Source of the DNA: Thermoplasmata archaeon UBA184
GTDB lineage: Archaea > Thermoplasmatota > Thermoplasmata > Lutacidiplasmatales > UBA184
DNA length: 64,000 nt
Reading direction: 5' to 3'
Assembly (NCBI GenBank): GCA_002495185.1
Contig: DAEB01000040.1
Span: forward strand, 29,184 to 93,183
The notes below the pieces were generated by a model. The model was not told where the DNA came from. It saw nothing but the letters and a program-made list of their open reading frames with translations, and searched no databases. A program made the translations under genes and the position numbers. Position 1 is the stretch's first letter. Each line of letters begins with the position of its first letter. Shown in pieces: positions 9,247 through 19,791 of this stretch.

Positions 9247-12200
9247 TCAGGCCAAGCCGGGAGGGGGCTCGGACGATTGACGGCGAACCCGCCTCGTCGC
9301 GACGACCACCGCGCCGATCGCCCCGGCGACTGCAACCCCGAGGACAACGTACCAATCCGTGAGGGGGAGTCCGAGCAAGGTGGTCGGCGCCGGAGCCACG
9401 CGGAACGAGAGCGTCCCGCTCTCGACAGTCACTCCGTTCGCGTCCGTGACGTTGACCATGACATAGAAGGTTCCCGACGCCGAGGGGGTGCATTCCACCA
9501 TCGAGTCGTTCGAGCTGGTACATCCCGTCGGGAGCCCGGACCACGCGAAGCCGAGGGGGCCGCGTCCACCGAGGGTGGTGACGGAGAAGGAGACGAGGGT
9601 CCCGACGACTCCGGAGCTGGAGGAGGAGGCGGGGCCGGTCACCGAAAGCGCAGGGTACACGGTGAACCCCACCGAGCCCTGGACGGGGAGACCATTCGAG
9701 TCCGTGATGGTCACGCTCGCGTTCCGCGTGCCCGATGCCGTCGGAGTACACTTCACCGAGGAGGAGTTCGCCCCGAGACATCCGACGGGGAGGCCGCTCC
9801 ACTGGTAGGTGAAGACGCCGGTCCCTCCCGAGAGACCGGCCGCGATGAACGTCACGTTCTCGCCAAGGTCGATGCTCGCCGGTACGGGAGAGATCCCGAG
9901 GAGGGACGGGTCGTTGTAGACGTGGTAGCTGGTCGTGGTGAAGCTCGTCCCATGGTTCGCGTCGACCACGGTGAGCTTCGCGACGCCCGCGCTCGCATTG
10001 GAGGGAACGCATGAGAGGCTCGTCGCGTTCGCCGAACTGCACCCAGCGGGAAGGTTCGACCACTGGTATTGGTAGGGGCCCACGCCACCGGTGGTGGGGC
10101 CGCTGGTCGCGAAACGGAGGGTCTGCCCGAGGTCCACGGTTTTCGGGAGAGCGGTCAGCGACCCGAGGGAAGGGTCGGAGTGAACGGCGAACGAGACGGT
10201 GCCGCTGGTCCCGACCCCACCCGCGGAGTCGTTGACCTGGACCTGGACGGAAGAGTTGCCGGTCGCTGACGGGGTGCACGTGAGGCTCGCGGAGGAGACG
10301 GGAGTGCAACCGCTCGGGAGCCCTTCCCAGAGGTAGGCGTACCCGCCGGAGCCCCCGGAGACCTTGACCGTGAAGGTGGCCGCCTCGCCAAGGTCGATGG
10401 ACGGGGCCGGAGTTACGGAGGGCGTCGTGACCGACGGGCCGCCCGAGACCACGAACGAGAGCGTCGGGCTCGGGACGAAGAAGCTGCTCGCATCGGTGAT
10501 GTTGACCTGGACGGGATAGGTTCCGGGCGCGGGAGGCGTGCACGTCGGCGCGGCGGTGTTGGTTCGATTGCACGGCGCGGGAAGTCCGCTCCAGCTGAAG
10601 GAGTAGGGGGAGGCGCCGCCCGTCGGGGAGACGGTGAAGGTCACCGGCGCGCCGGTCTCGACCGTCGATCGGCTCGGCGATGGGACTCCGACCGTAGGGT
10701 CGGCGTGGACGGTGAAACTGAGATTCGCGCTCGTGAAGGATCGGCTCGAGGAATCGGTGACCGTGAGGTTGACCTTGTACGTCCCGGTGTTAGTCGGAGT
10801 GCACAAGAGCGTCAGGGTCGTCGAGACACCGCACCCCAACCCCGAGGGACTTGTCTGCCACGTGTACGTGTCCCCGCCCGAGCCGGGCGAAAGAAGGGTG
10901 CTCTCGAAGCTAACCGATTGCCCCAGGTCGACGGTGCCTTGAGTCGGCGCGGGCTTGCTGACCGCCGGGGTGCACCCCTCGGAAACGGTGACGCTCGTGG
11001 TGGACCCCGCGGCCACCAGGCATTCCCCGAGGTCGGTGTGGGACGACGTCGAGTTGACCCATACGTGGTACAGGCCCGGAACCAGGGTGAGGGTCGCCGC
11101 ATCGTTCGTGAAGCGCCAGACGCTCCCAGGGATCGCGACCGTCCCCGAGGGGATTCCGGTCGCGGTGATCGCGATCTCGCCGACCTGGTTCTGAGAATAC
11201 GCCTGAGCCGGCGTCGCGTTCCGTGTCGTCCCGTTGAGCTGGAGGGTGAGGGGAAGTCCCGCCGGGTCGTGCGAGAAGATCGACTGGATGTTGCTGACCG
11301 TCTCCGCCGTGTTGGCTCCGAAGTTCCAGACGGACGGAGTCGCTTCGAAATTGTGTCCGTTCCAGTATTCGAGGCTGGAGGTGAGATGGGTCGGGTTGGC
11401 GGCGGCCGTCGAAGAGCCCCCTCCCGGTCCCCCGATCGCGAGCTCGGCGTCGTAGAACCAGCCGCCGGGGTTGTAGTTGAAACCGTCCACGACGAAGTTG
11501 TTGTCCGCGCTCGTCGCGGTCGCCCAGGGCCAGACGACGTTGTCGTAGGTGACGTAGTAGTTCGTGACCCCGTCCCAGTACTCGAACGCCACTTCGGGGG
11601 TTCCCGACCCACTCATGTAGGACTTTACGAGAACTCCGAAATCCCCGGGGGTTGGCATGTTCTCATTCGCCCCCGGTTGCGTGGTCGCGCCGACGGCGTA
11701 GTAGCCCACGCACCCCGAGATCGGGTAGACCGTGCCGTTCCCCGTGACCGCCGTGTTGTCGAGGCAGCTCGAGCTCGTCGTCATGTTCCAGATGTTGTTC
11801 TCGAACTGCAGGTTCTTGCTCGAGGAATCCATGAACGCGACGTCCTGGATCCAGTAGGCGTACGTGACGCCGGACTGTACGAACTGAAGAACGACGTTCA
11901 GCTGGTCTGAGAAGTAGGTATCCCCGCTCTCCTGGATGTTCATGTTTTGCCAGGAGAAGTTTCCGAGGAACTCGGACGTGCTGTACGTGTAGGGGTTCCC
12001 GCCCTGGCCGACGCCGAAGTCACCGATGCCCATCGGAGCCGGCTCGGAACCGTACCCCCCCGTGGGACTGACCTTCGCCGGAGCAGGGAGACCGATCCGA
12101 TGAACGTGCACCGGGGGAAACGCAATGGGGCGAGAGCCCGGCGCACCGTGCGGCGTAGGGACGGGCACCGAAGGAGGGGTTGTCGACGCAGGATGGGGCT

Positions 12201-12321
12201 CTCCCCAAGAGCCGCCCAGGGCCATCAGGACCGTTCCAATGACCACTCCGAGGGCCACCGACGCGGTGACCTTCCACGTCCGTCGAGATTCCGCGCGAAG
12301 CCGGGGGGTGGGCATAGGCAC
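9247..12321 (-). CDS. Thermopsin family (A5) acid protease with tandem PKD-like repeats and C-terminal TM anchor
   Basis: PAPMGIGDFG, QLN, YWIQDV, DAELAIGGPGGG and NTAET motifs. About 6 repeats containing W.GLP.GC, then a TM plus RRVRR tail. Confidence 0.9.
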   Translation of the reverse strand: MPMPTPRLRAESRRTWKVTASVALGVVIGTVLMALGGSWGEPHPASTTPPSVPVPTPHGAPGSRPIAFPPVHVHRIGLPAPAKVSPTGGYGSEPAPMGIGDFGVGQGGNPYTYSTSEFLGNFSWQNMNIQESGDTYFSDQLNVVLQFVQSGVTYAYWIQDVAFMDSSSKNLQFENNIWNMTTSSSCLDNTAVTGNGTVYPISGCVGYYAVGATTQPGANENMPTPGDFGVLVKSYMSGSGTPEVAFEYWDGVTNYYVTYDNVVWPWATATSADNNFVVDGFNYNPGGWFYDAELAIGGPGGGSSTAAANPTHLTSSLEYWNGHNFEATPSVWNFGANTAETVSNIQSIFSHDPAGLPLTLQLNGTTRNATPAQAYSQNQVGEIAITATGIPSGTVAIPGSVWRFTNDAATLTLVPGLYHVWVNSTSSHTDLGECLVAAGSTTSVTVSEGCTPAVSKPAPTQGTVDLGQSVSFESTLLSPGSGGDTYTWQTSPSGLGCGVSTTLTLLCTPTNTGTYKVNLTVTDSSSRSFTSANLSFTVHADPTVGVPSPSRSTVETGAPVTFTVSPTGGASPYSFSWSGLPAPCNRTNTAAPTCTPPAPGTYPVQVNITDASSFFVPSPTLSFVVSGGPSVTTPSVTPAPSIDLGEAATFTVKVSGGSGGYAYLWEGLPSGCTPVSSASLTCTPSATGNSSVQVQVNDSAGGVGTSGTVSFAVHSDPSLGSLTALPKTVDLGQTLRFATSGPTTGGVGPYQYQWSNLPAGCSSANATSLSCVPSNASAGVAKLTVVDANHGTSFTTTSYHVYNDPSLLGISPVPASIDLGENVTFIAAGLSGGTGVFTYQWSGLPVGCLGANSSSVKCTPTASGTRNASVTITDSNGLPVQGSVGFTVYPALSVTGPASSSSSGVVGTLVSFSVTTLGGRGPLGFAWSGLPTGCTSSNDSMVECTPSASGTFYVMVNVTDANGVTVESGTLSFRVAPAPTTLLGLPLTDWYVVLGVAVAGAIGAVVVATRRVRRQSSEPPPGLA

Positions 12322-12405
12322 GCTTCTCTGGGTTGCGCTGACCCTGCCTATAATGGTTGAGTCCTGCCGAGAGGAAGTTGCGGTCGGCCGGGCGTCGCGC
12401 GTCGG

Positions 12406-13230
12406 CTACGGAAGCGGGAGGGGCGACGTGGAACCCGAGTAGCTTTCGGTTCCGAACACCGTGAACGTGAGCCCGAGCCCGGTCGGGTTCGACGGGCCCA
12501 TGTCGATGAGGATGACGTCGATGGAGGTGAGCGGATACGTGGCGGCGATCCCGGGGCCGTACACGAGCCAGCCCGTCGCCATCGACAGCTGGTTCCCCAT
12601 CTGGGTCGAGTTGCTCTGGGCCTCCACGTTGCCGATGACACCGATCACCGAGAATCCCCCGGAGCCGGTCAGGATCGGGTACTGCCCGCCGGCGGCGGTC
12701 CGCACGGAGAAGAGGACGTCTCCGAAATCCGCCGAGGACGCTTCGATGGTGATGGAGTAGGTGTAATCACCGCCGTTGCAGCCGTTCGAGACGAAGGTGT
12801 ACCCCGTCGCGCAGTTCCCGGCCACCGGGTTGCCCACGGCGAAAGCGCTCCCGATCGGGAGGAGGGACGACGTGAAGGTGATGTTGACCCAGCTTTGCAG
12901 GTAGAGAGTGGTCACGATGCCCGAGGGCGGGGACGCCGTGTAGTTCTGCACCGGTAGCACCGTGAAATTGTACGTCCCCCCATTGACCGAGAACGAGATC
13001 GAATCGCTCGCGCCCTGGACGGTTGATGTCTCCGTCACGCCGTTGAGGGTGACCCCCCAGAGCACGCCCGGAGCAAGGCCGGTTTCTCCGAACACGACCG
13101 TGTCGCCTCCCCCCGGGGTGGAATTCAGTACGAAAAAGCCCCACAGGGCCACTCCGGCGGCGATGATCCCGATGACCAGGAAGACGACGGTGAGGGACTT
13201 GAGGGACGTGGCGGCCCGGGGCCGGCGCAT
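12406..13230 (-). CDS. Surface protein with Thermoplasmatales-type F.ETGL..G..W.VTLNG repeat and pilin-like C-terminal domain
   Basis: Basic N-terminus plus TM, one FGETGL...GTYNFTV repeat, and a C-terminal domain shared with 6783-8096. Confidence 0.75.
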   Translation of the reverse strand: MRRPRAATSLKSLTVVFLVIGIIAAGVALWGFFVLNSTPGGGDTVVFGETGLAPGVLWGVTLNGVTETSTVQGASDSISFSVNGGTYNFTVLPVQNYTASPPSGIVTTLYLQSWVNITFTSSLLPIGSAFAVGNPVAGNCATGYTFVSNGCNGGDYTYSITIEASSADFGDVLFSVRTAAGGQYPILTGSGGFSVIGVIGNVEAQSNSTQMGNQLSMATGWLVYGPGIAATYPLTSIDVILIDMGPSNPTGLGLTFTVFGTESYSGSTSPLPLP

Positions 13231-13372
13231 CAGGAGTGTAGAGTTCCTGTCCCCTCATATTGCCTCCGACCAACACCGCGACCAGGTCGCGGTCCGCTCA
13301 ACGCAACTGCCGTCGCGCCCTGACCGGCGGCACGCGGGAATCCACGACGACGGGCTCGCGAGCGACGGTGGC

Positions 13373-15679
13373 CTAGGGCTGCAGCGCCACCGTGACAACG
13401 CTCAGGGAGATCCATCCGATCGAGCGTCCGTTCTGGAGCGCGAGGAATCCTCGCAGCTCGACCGTCGGGTATGGGTAGGCGATGTGGAGGGGAAAGCTCA
13501 GTGAAGTCCATTGGGCGGGCGATAACTCCGACGCGTTCACGGGGACCCGGAAGAAGGTGGAGACGTTCTGGCTCCCCAACCACGTGGAGTCCAGGTAGGC
13601 GATAGGACCCGGCGGAGAGGAGGAGTTGGCGGTACCCCCCTTCACGCTGAACGTCGCGACGTAGTCGCCCGGAAGGAACGTCGCGTACGGGCCGTACCAG
13701 ATACCGGCCTCTACGTCCGCGAGGGGCCCTGTCGCAACTGAGGCGATGACAGTCCCCGTCAGACTGGTCGGGTCCGACACGACCCGCCCGGAGGGTCCCA
13801 GGCTGAGGTGGGAGGCGGTGTACTCGTACACCGTCGGAGGCGGTTGGACCTCCCGCACCTGAGGAACGCCCTGGTATCCAAGTTCGAAGAGGTAGATCGT
13901 CCCCGGAAACGAGTTCGAATAGATGTACGCGACCAGGCCGTAGACGGAGCTGTTGAACAGGTCGCTCTGAAGGAAGGCCGGGACGATCAGGAACTCTGAA
14001 GCGTCCGCGAGCACGAAGCGGGGGAGGTTGTTCGGCGAGAACGGGAAGTCCGGCACGGGATTCTGGGCGTTGATCACGAACCAGGGAAGTGGCCAGGCGT
14101 TCGGGTCGTTCGCAACGTAGGGGAACAGCCGGTCGGAGGCCAGGACCTGGCCGTTCGAGGGAATGTAGGAAACGATCCACGGCATCGATGAGGAGGCCGG
14201 ATTCACGGTGTATCGAAACTCATACCCCGGAAGGGGGGTCGCGCCGAAGTTGGCGGTGTTGAACGGCGACATCGCCCCGTCCAACACGAGAATCGCAACG
14301 ACCGTCCCGAGGACGACCCCCGGGACCGCGAACCGGCTCGTCCGACCGGGCAGCGTCCAACGCCGCGGGGCCGGGCGCTCGGTCCGGACACGGCGGAGAA
14401 GAACCACGAGGATGCTCGCGACGAGAAGCAGGCCCGCGGGAACCCAGAAGTACGGTCCGGCGGTGTACCGCAGCAGGCGCGTCGAGCCTCCGGGAACCAG
14501 AGCGAGCGCCATCAGGAATCCGGAGCCGGCCAGCAGCGGCAGGACGAGCAGGAACGAGCGGACCTCCGTCCAATCCAGTCGCTCGAGCTCCCTCAGGCCG
14601 AACACCGCCCCGATCGTGAGCGGGGGGACGGCGATGAGCGCCTGCGAACCGCCGAAGTACGCGGAGAATCCCGGCGCGACGAACACCGAGTAGAGGAACC
14701 ACGGCAGCGAGAGGATCAGGTATCGAGGGGCCAGGATCGGGAGGAACCCGAGGGTGGCGAGCAACAGCAACCAGTACCCGAAGGAATGGGGCAGGGTCGC
14801 CGCATTGGCACCGTAGCCGAAGATGAGCGACAGGCCGCCCGGTCCACCGGCCGTGACGGGGGCCACTCCCAGAACCGCCGGGACCAGCACGTACTGGATG
14901 GCTCGAACGGCGAAGTAGGCGACCCCGGCGAGGACGAGGAAGGCGAGCATGATCCTCACCGGACGGTCCTTCAGCATCGCTCGCCAGGAGAACCGGAGCA
15001 GCTGCCCCCGTTCCACGAGGACCAGAAGGACCACCGCAACGGCGAGGAAGGGGAACACTTCGAGAGTCATCGTTCCCATGACGAACGGCACCAGCGAGAG
15101 CGAGTAGCGTCCCCGCGACACCAGAACGAAGAACGAGAGAATCTCCACGGGGAGGAACGACTCCCAGTGAAAATCGTACATCAATCCGGCCAGGATCGCG
15201 AACGACACGAAGTAGAGGAGGAGGATCGACCCCACCAGCTCGACCCGCCGAAGCGACCCGCGAGCCAGATAGTAGAGCGGGATACCCGAGGCCGCAAAGA
15301 CCGTCGACTGCACCGCGAAGAGCGTGAGCGGGACGGGCCACGCCGCGTACAGCGGCACGACGAGCGCCGCGACGTACGTGCTGTGGACCTGTAGGAAGGA
15401 GTGCACGCCGTAGAACGAGCGGTCCGGGGTCTCGTAGAAGAGCTGGCCGTGGGCCGTCGTCCACAGAAGCTGTTGGTTCACGCCGAGGTCCCAAGCGCTG
15501 GTGAAGAAGTTCTCGTTGCGGAGGTTCGAGAAGTAGGCGATCACGACCGCGTAGGCGGCCAATAGGACCCCGAGGACGAGCCATCCCCGGTAGGGGCCGC
15601 GCAGGAGAGCGACAAGGCCCCGGGTCCTGGTTTCTTCGCGGTTCGGTGTGGGGGGCTGCTCGCTCGGACTCGCTGACAA
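13373..15679 (-). CDS. DUF2079 family membrane protein (putative GT-C glycosyltransferase)
   Basis: WDLG after TM1, DFHWE motif, many TMs and a C-terminal IWYGPY extracellular domain. Confidence 0.8.
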   Translation of the reverse strand: MSASPSEQPPTPNREETRTRGLVALLRGPYRGWLVLGVLLAAYAVVIAYFSNLRNENFFTSAWDLGVNQQLLWTTAHGQLFYETPDRSFYGVHSFLQVHSTYVAALVVPLYAAWPVPLTLFAVQSTVFAASGIPLYYLARGSLRRVELVGSILLLYFVSFAILAGLMYDFHWESFLPVEILSFFVLVSRGRYSLSLVPFVMGTMTLEVFPFLAVAVVLLVLVERGQLLRFSWRAMLKDRPVRIMLAFLVLAGVAYFAVRAIQYVLVPAVLGVAPVTAGGPGGLSLIFGYGANAATLPHSFGYWLLLLATLGFLPILAPRYLILSLPWFLYSVFVAPGFSAYFGGSQALIAVPPLTIGAVFGLRELERLDWTEVRSFLLVLPLLAGSGFLMALALVPGGSTRLLRYTAGPYFWVPAGLLLVASILVVLLRRVRTERPAPRRWTLPGRTSRFAVPGVVLGTVVAILVLDGAMSPFNTANFGATPLPGYEFRYTVNPASSSMPWIVSYIPSNGQVLASDRLFPYVANDPNAWPLPWFVINAQNPVPDFPFSPNNLPRFVLADASEFLIVPAFLQSDLFNSSVYGLVAYIYSNSFPGTIYLFELGYQGVPQVREVQPPPTVYEYTASHLSLGPSGRVVSDPTSLTGTVIASVATGPLADVEAGIWYGPYATFLPGDYVATFSVKGGTANSSSPPGPIAYLDSTWLGSQNVSTFFRVPVNASELSPAQWTSLSFPLHIAYPYPTVELRGFLALQNGRSIGWISLSVVTVALQP

Positions 15680-15831
15680 CCCGTTACTCCCCTACTGCAC
15701 TCTGGGAACAGTCTGTTGGGCCCGGGCCGACCGACCGGGAGCCCATCACACAGTCTCCCCCAAGAACTTTGCCCGGGAGAGGCCGCCTCACCGGAAACGT
15801 CGGTGCCAAGAAGGCGGCGCCCCGGAGGTCT

Positions 15832-16956
15832 TCACAAATCCCGGAACGCCCGCTCGACCGACTCTCGGAACGCGGCGGGCGAAAACCTCTCCCCGCGCCG
15901 AAGGGACCGTTCGGCAGCCGCCTGGTAGGCCGCCGGCCCGCTGAGGCTCGCGAGCGCCGCGAGCCACGGCCCGGTGTCGGTAGGCTCGAACAATGACCCG
16001 GAATCACCGACGATCTCGGCGAGCGGAGCGATGTTGCTGGCGAGCACCGGCAGGCCGAACGCCATGGCCTCGATCACCGGGCGTCCGAACCCTTCATGCA
16101 GGGAAGGATGCACGAGGACGTCGTTCGTCTCGTACACCTGGTCGATGGAGGCAACCTCCGAGATGGTGGTGAGATTGGGGAGGTTCATCTGCGACACGAG
16201 GGCCCGAGTCTTCGACCGCAGGCGCGACAGGATAGTGAACTGAATCCGGTCGGCGTCCTTCCCTCGTGCCGAGTCCTGCGCGAGTCGGACTACGAACTCG
16301 AGGTTCTTGTAGGGGCGGTCGGTCGACACGCAGAGGACGCGGACCTTCCCCGTGGCTCGAATCCGCTCGAGGGACGCGGAGACGTGTTCCGGGTGGAAAC
16401 CGAGCGAGTGCGTTTCGGGAACGACCCGGACCTGTTCTGGCGATACCCCCTGCTGCGTGACCTCCGTGGCCATCGACTCCGTCGGCACGAAGACTCTTTG
16501 CGCCAACCGCAGGCGGGGAATCGCGTAATGAAACATCCAGGTCGATGCGCGACGGTCGGCGAACCGGGTCAGCGGCTTCAGGTCGTGCACCCGAATGGCG
16601 CACCGAGGGTGGAAGCGAGCGGCGTTGACCAGCGTGGGGTCCATCAGGAACACGATATCGCTGGGGATCCGTCGGAGTCGATCGGGGAACGTCCAGAGGC
16701 GGTTGATCCCCATGTCGACCGTCTGATTGGGGAATCCCAGGCCCCGCACGACGTGGTCGGGGTTCGATAGAGGGGATTGCACGCCTCGATCCAGGCACTG
16801 GTACCAGGAGACCCCGTACCCCAGCTCCGTGAGGGCGGTCCGGAAGGCGAGGCCGTCCAGGCTGATCCCGTCGGTCTTCCCGGAGGCGTTCACGATGGCG
16901 ATCGTCGGGGTGGGGGGTCGCATGGCTTCTGGATCCGCGCGCCGTTCAGAGCGCAC
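15832..16956 (-). CDS. GT4 family glycosyltransferase
   Basis: PSLHEGFGRPVIEAMAFG motif. Confidence 0.9.
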   Translation of the reverse strand: MRSERRADPEAMRPPTPTIAIVNASGKTDGISLDGLAFRTALTELGYGVSWYQCLDRGVQSPLSNPDHVVRGLGFPNQTVDMGINRLWTFPDRLRRIPSDIVFLMDPTLVNAARFHPRCAIRVHDLKPLTRFADRRASTWMFHYAIPRLRLAQRVFVPTESMATEVTQQGVSPEQVRVVPETHSLGFHPEHVSASLERIRATGKVRVLCVSTDRPYKNLEFVVRLAQDSARGKDADRIQFTILSRLRSKTRALVSQMNLPNLTTISEVASIDQVYETNDVLVHPSLHEGFGRPVIEAMAFGLPVLASNIAPLAEIVGDSGSLFEPTDTGPWLAALASLSGPAAYQAAAERSLRRGERFSPAAFRESVERAFRDL

Positions 16957-17210
16957 GAGTTCTAGACAGGTAGGGTGGCGGCCTCACTTTAGGAGTCGGG
17001 GTCGATTCGACGACGGCGGGTGTGCGTCCGCCTCAGTAGGGGGCGCCGGACTCCTCCGCATGGCGCAGAACCTCGTCCTCCCGCACCCCGGGTTCCCCGA
17101 CAGAGCTCTGGTTTAAGCCGTCGCAGTCCTCGTCTCGGCGTTGCCGCAGTACCAAAGATTAATTACCACTGCACGGGCGTTCTCGAGAGAGGACCGGGGT
17201 TGGGATCACG

Positions 17211-18428
17211 ATGAAACGACTCCTCCTCGTCACCGACCCGATCGGCGGGTCGACGTCGGTCCAGTTTGAGATCCTCAGTTCGCTGACGACGGGCCTTCGA
17301 CCCCGCTACGAGCTCTTCGTCTTCACGCCCTACTGCGACGAGGAACGTTCGGCCGCCCTGAGCCAGCTCGGCTGCCAGCTGATCACCCCCCGGTCTTCCG
17401 GCCTCAGCTTCGAGTCCTTCATCCCCGCGGACGGCCGGCGGAACGAGTCGATGCTCTGGGCGACCAGCTGGGTGCGCGAAGCGCTGTTCGCTCGGAACAG
17501 CTCGGACGCCGCTGCGTGCCTGAGGACGCATCCGGTGGACTACACGGTCAACCTCTCCATGACCGTGCCGGCGCATTGTGACCTCTGGTGGATCCTCGGA
17601 ACCCCCCTCGACCAGACCATCCGGGGGATGGCGGGGTTCAACCTGGTCGCACGTCTCGTCGATGCCGCCTCCCATCGTTTGGTCGCTTCGTTGGACGAGA
17701 GGGTGTTGCGCCGGATCCAGTCCCAATCCGTCCGATTCCTGGCGAACTCTCCGTACCTCCAGAGCCTCTACCGAGACCGGGGCTTCCCGGTGGAGGGGGT
17801 CGTCTACACCCTGAAGGACCTCTCGGGATTCCATCCCACGTCGCCGCATCCGACCCGGGATTACGTCCTCCTCTACGTCGGAAAGGAGCTCGACAACCTC
17901 GACTTCCCGGCCCTCGTCCGCGCGGGGGTTCGGATCGTGGGATTCGGGAACAAGGTTCCCGCTGGCACGCAGCTGAAGAAGTTCACCGAATCGATCGAGT
18001 GGCTGGGGCCCGTGAGCCAGAGCGAGCTCATCGACCTCTACGCGAACGCGCTCTTCACCCTGTTCCCCTTCACGTGCGAGCCGATGGGGCTCGTTCCCAT
18101 CGAGTCGATGGCGTGCGGCACCCCGGTCCTCACCTATGCCCGCCAGGGTCCGGGGTCGACGGTCCTCCCGGGCTCCACCGGTTGGCTCGTCGACACCCCC
18201 GACCAGATGCTCGCCAAAGCGAAGGAGATCTGGTCGCGCCGGGATTCCGGCATCTCCCCCGCCGGGTGCATTCGTCGGGCTCGGGAGTTCATCGGCCAGC
18301 GGATGGTGGATGAGCTGGTCGATTGGATCGAGGGGATGTGCGCGTTGGACGGGTCGAACGCCCCCCTCGACCGCGCCCGCCGGGAACTGACGCCGGGCGC
18401 GAAGCCGATGCTGATGGGCCGGGCGTAG
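17211..18428 (+). CDS. GT4 family glycosyltransferase
   Basis: EPMGLVPIESMACGTPV motif. Confidence 0.88.
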   Translation: MKRLLLVTDPIGGSTSVQFEILSSLTTGLRPRYELFVFTPYCDEERSAALSQLGCQLITPRSSGLSFESFIPADGRRNESMLWATSWVREALFARNSSDAAACLRTHPVDYTVNLSMTVPAHCDLWWILGTPLDQTIRGMAGFNLVARLVDAASHRLVASLDERVLRRIQSQSVRFLANSPYLQSLYRDRGFPVEGVVYTLKDLSGFHPTSPHPTRDYVLLYVGKELDNLDFPALVRAGVRIVGFGNKVPAGTQLKKFTESIEWLGPVSQSELIDLYANALFTLFPFTCEPMGLVPIESMACGTPVLTYARQGPGSTVLPGSTGWLVDTPDQMLAKAKEIWSRRDSGISPAGCIRRAREFIGQRMVDELVDWIEGMCALDGSNAPLDRARRELTPGAKPMLMGRA

Positions 18429-18444
18429 GATCCGGCGCTGCCGG

Positions 18445-19485
18445 CTAGTCCACGCGGATCTGCTTTCGATAGGCCGCGCGACCGATGGAGGGAGCGACGA
18501 GGCAGAGAATCCCGGCGAGAATCGTCGGGAGGCTCTCCCGGACCGGGTACGTGTCCCGGTAGCGGAGGAGTCCGCGAAGCGGTGCCGCGAAGTCTCGCCG
18601 TCTCGAAGCAGGGTCTCGGCAGGCTTCAATCAACTGTACGAGAAGCAGCCGTGCGTCCATGAGGCGGAGGACCTGCGCGTTCCCCGAGCTCGCCACGAAC
18701 TCGCGGATGACGCGGTAATCCCTCTCCGCGAGCTGCGCGAACTCCAGCATCTTCTTCGACCTCGCCTCGGCCAGGCCGGAACCGGCGAGGGACGTGTTGT
18801 CTTCGTGGATCCGGTAGCGCGTCAGGAGCGCGTCGTCCAGGAGGACCGAGTACTCGGATACCAGAGCGGAGAAGAAGAACAGGGTATCGACCGTCGCGAT
18901 GAGACGCTTCAGGTAGGGGAGCGAACGCTCGACGAGTTCGCGACGGACCGCGCTCGAGCTGACGTTGAAGTCCGGGTGGCGAAAGGCGAGCTGGCGCAAG
19001 GATTCCGCGGTCTTCGAGGATGCGAGGAACAGGGTGCCTTTGGAGCGGGAGGGCCCCGACCCGAAACGAGGCACCGAGCGAAGGTCGAGGAACTCCCCCT
19101 TCGGGCCGATGAAGCTCGCCCGGTTCCCGTAGAATCCGAGGTCGCCCCGAGAATCGAAGTACGCCGCGATCGTTCGGAGGCGCGAGGGCTCGAAGAGGTC
19201 GTCGTCGTCCAGCACGAGGAGGATTCGGCCTCGACTTCGAGCCACCCCGGCGGCGACCTTGAGCGCCCCCGGCTGTTCGGTGCAAATGATCGACGTGGCG
19301 CCCACCTCCCGGAAGTACGATTCGAGGGCCGCGTCCTCGTAATTCTTGACGACCACGACCTCGAACTTCGACCGGTCCAGGTCCTGGCGAACGACGCTCT
19401 CCACCGCACCTCGGAGATACTGGACCCGGTTGTGAGCGAGCACGATCACCGAGATCTGGGGGTCGCCGTTCGTTGGCCCGGTCAA
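18445..19485 (-). CDS. GT2 family glycosyltransferase
   Basis: ISVIVLAHNR, LDDDDLF (DxD) and YRIH motifs. Confidence 0.9.
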   Translation of the reverse strand: MTGPTNGDPQISVIVLAHNRVQYLRGAVESVVRQDLDRSKFEVVVVKNYEDAALESYFREVGATSIICTEQPGALKVAAGVARSRGRILLVLDDDDLFEPSRLRTIAAYFDSRGDLGFYGNRASFIGPKGEFLDLRSVPRFGSGPSRSKGTLFLASSKTAESLRQLAFRHPDFNVSSSAVRRELVERSLPYLKRLIATVDTLFFFSALVSEYSVLLDDALLTRYRIHEDNTSLAGSGLAEARSKKMLEFAQLAERDYRVIREFVASSGNAQVLRLMDARLLLVQLIEACRDPASRRRDFAAPLRGLLRYRDTYPVRESLPTILAGILCLVAPSIGRAAYRKQIRVD

Positions 19486-19791
19486 TGGTCGTCCCCCTCC
19501 AAAGGCTCCCGAGCAGGCCCGGGGTCCTGGTTCGGCCTCCCCTCACTATAACCGTCGCGGTCCCACACAAAACCACGGGGAACGGACAGCGGGCGGGCGA
19601 TCCGATGGATTCACGGCTCTCCACCAACGAGCGGCGGTGGACGAAGGCACCGACCGGACCGGCGCGGCGGAATCCCGTTCGGTACCCGCGGGGCGACCGA
19701 CCGTCTCCAAGAGGGTTCTTATAACCCCGGAACTCGCTGGCAGAACGGGCTGACTTCCGGTGGGTTCACAATCCGGTGGTGGTCGCCGGCT

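Noticed and set aside
8321-10573. Long alternative-frame and antisense ORFs (also 36072-38234, 61408-63288, 14220-15584, 20142-21815)
   Set aside because: Arg/Pro/Gly-rich shadow ORFs typical of high-GC DNA, overlapping well-supported genes.
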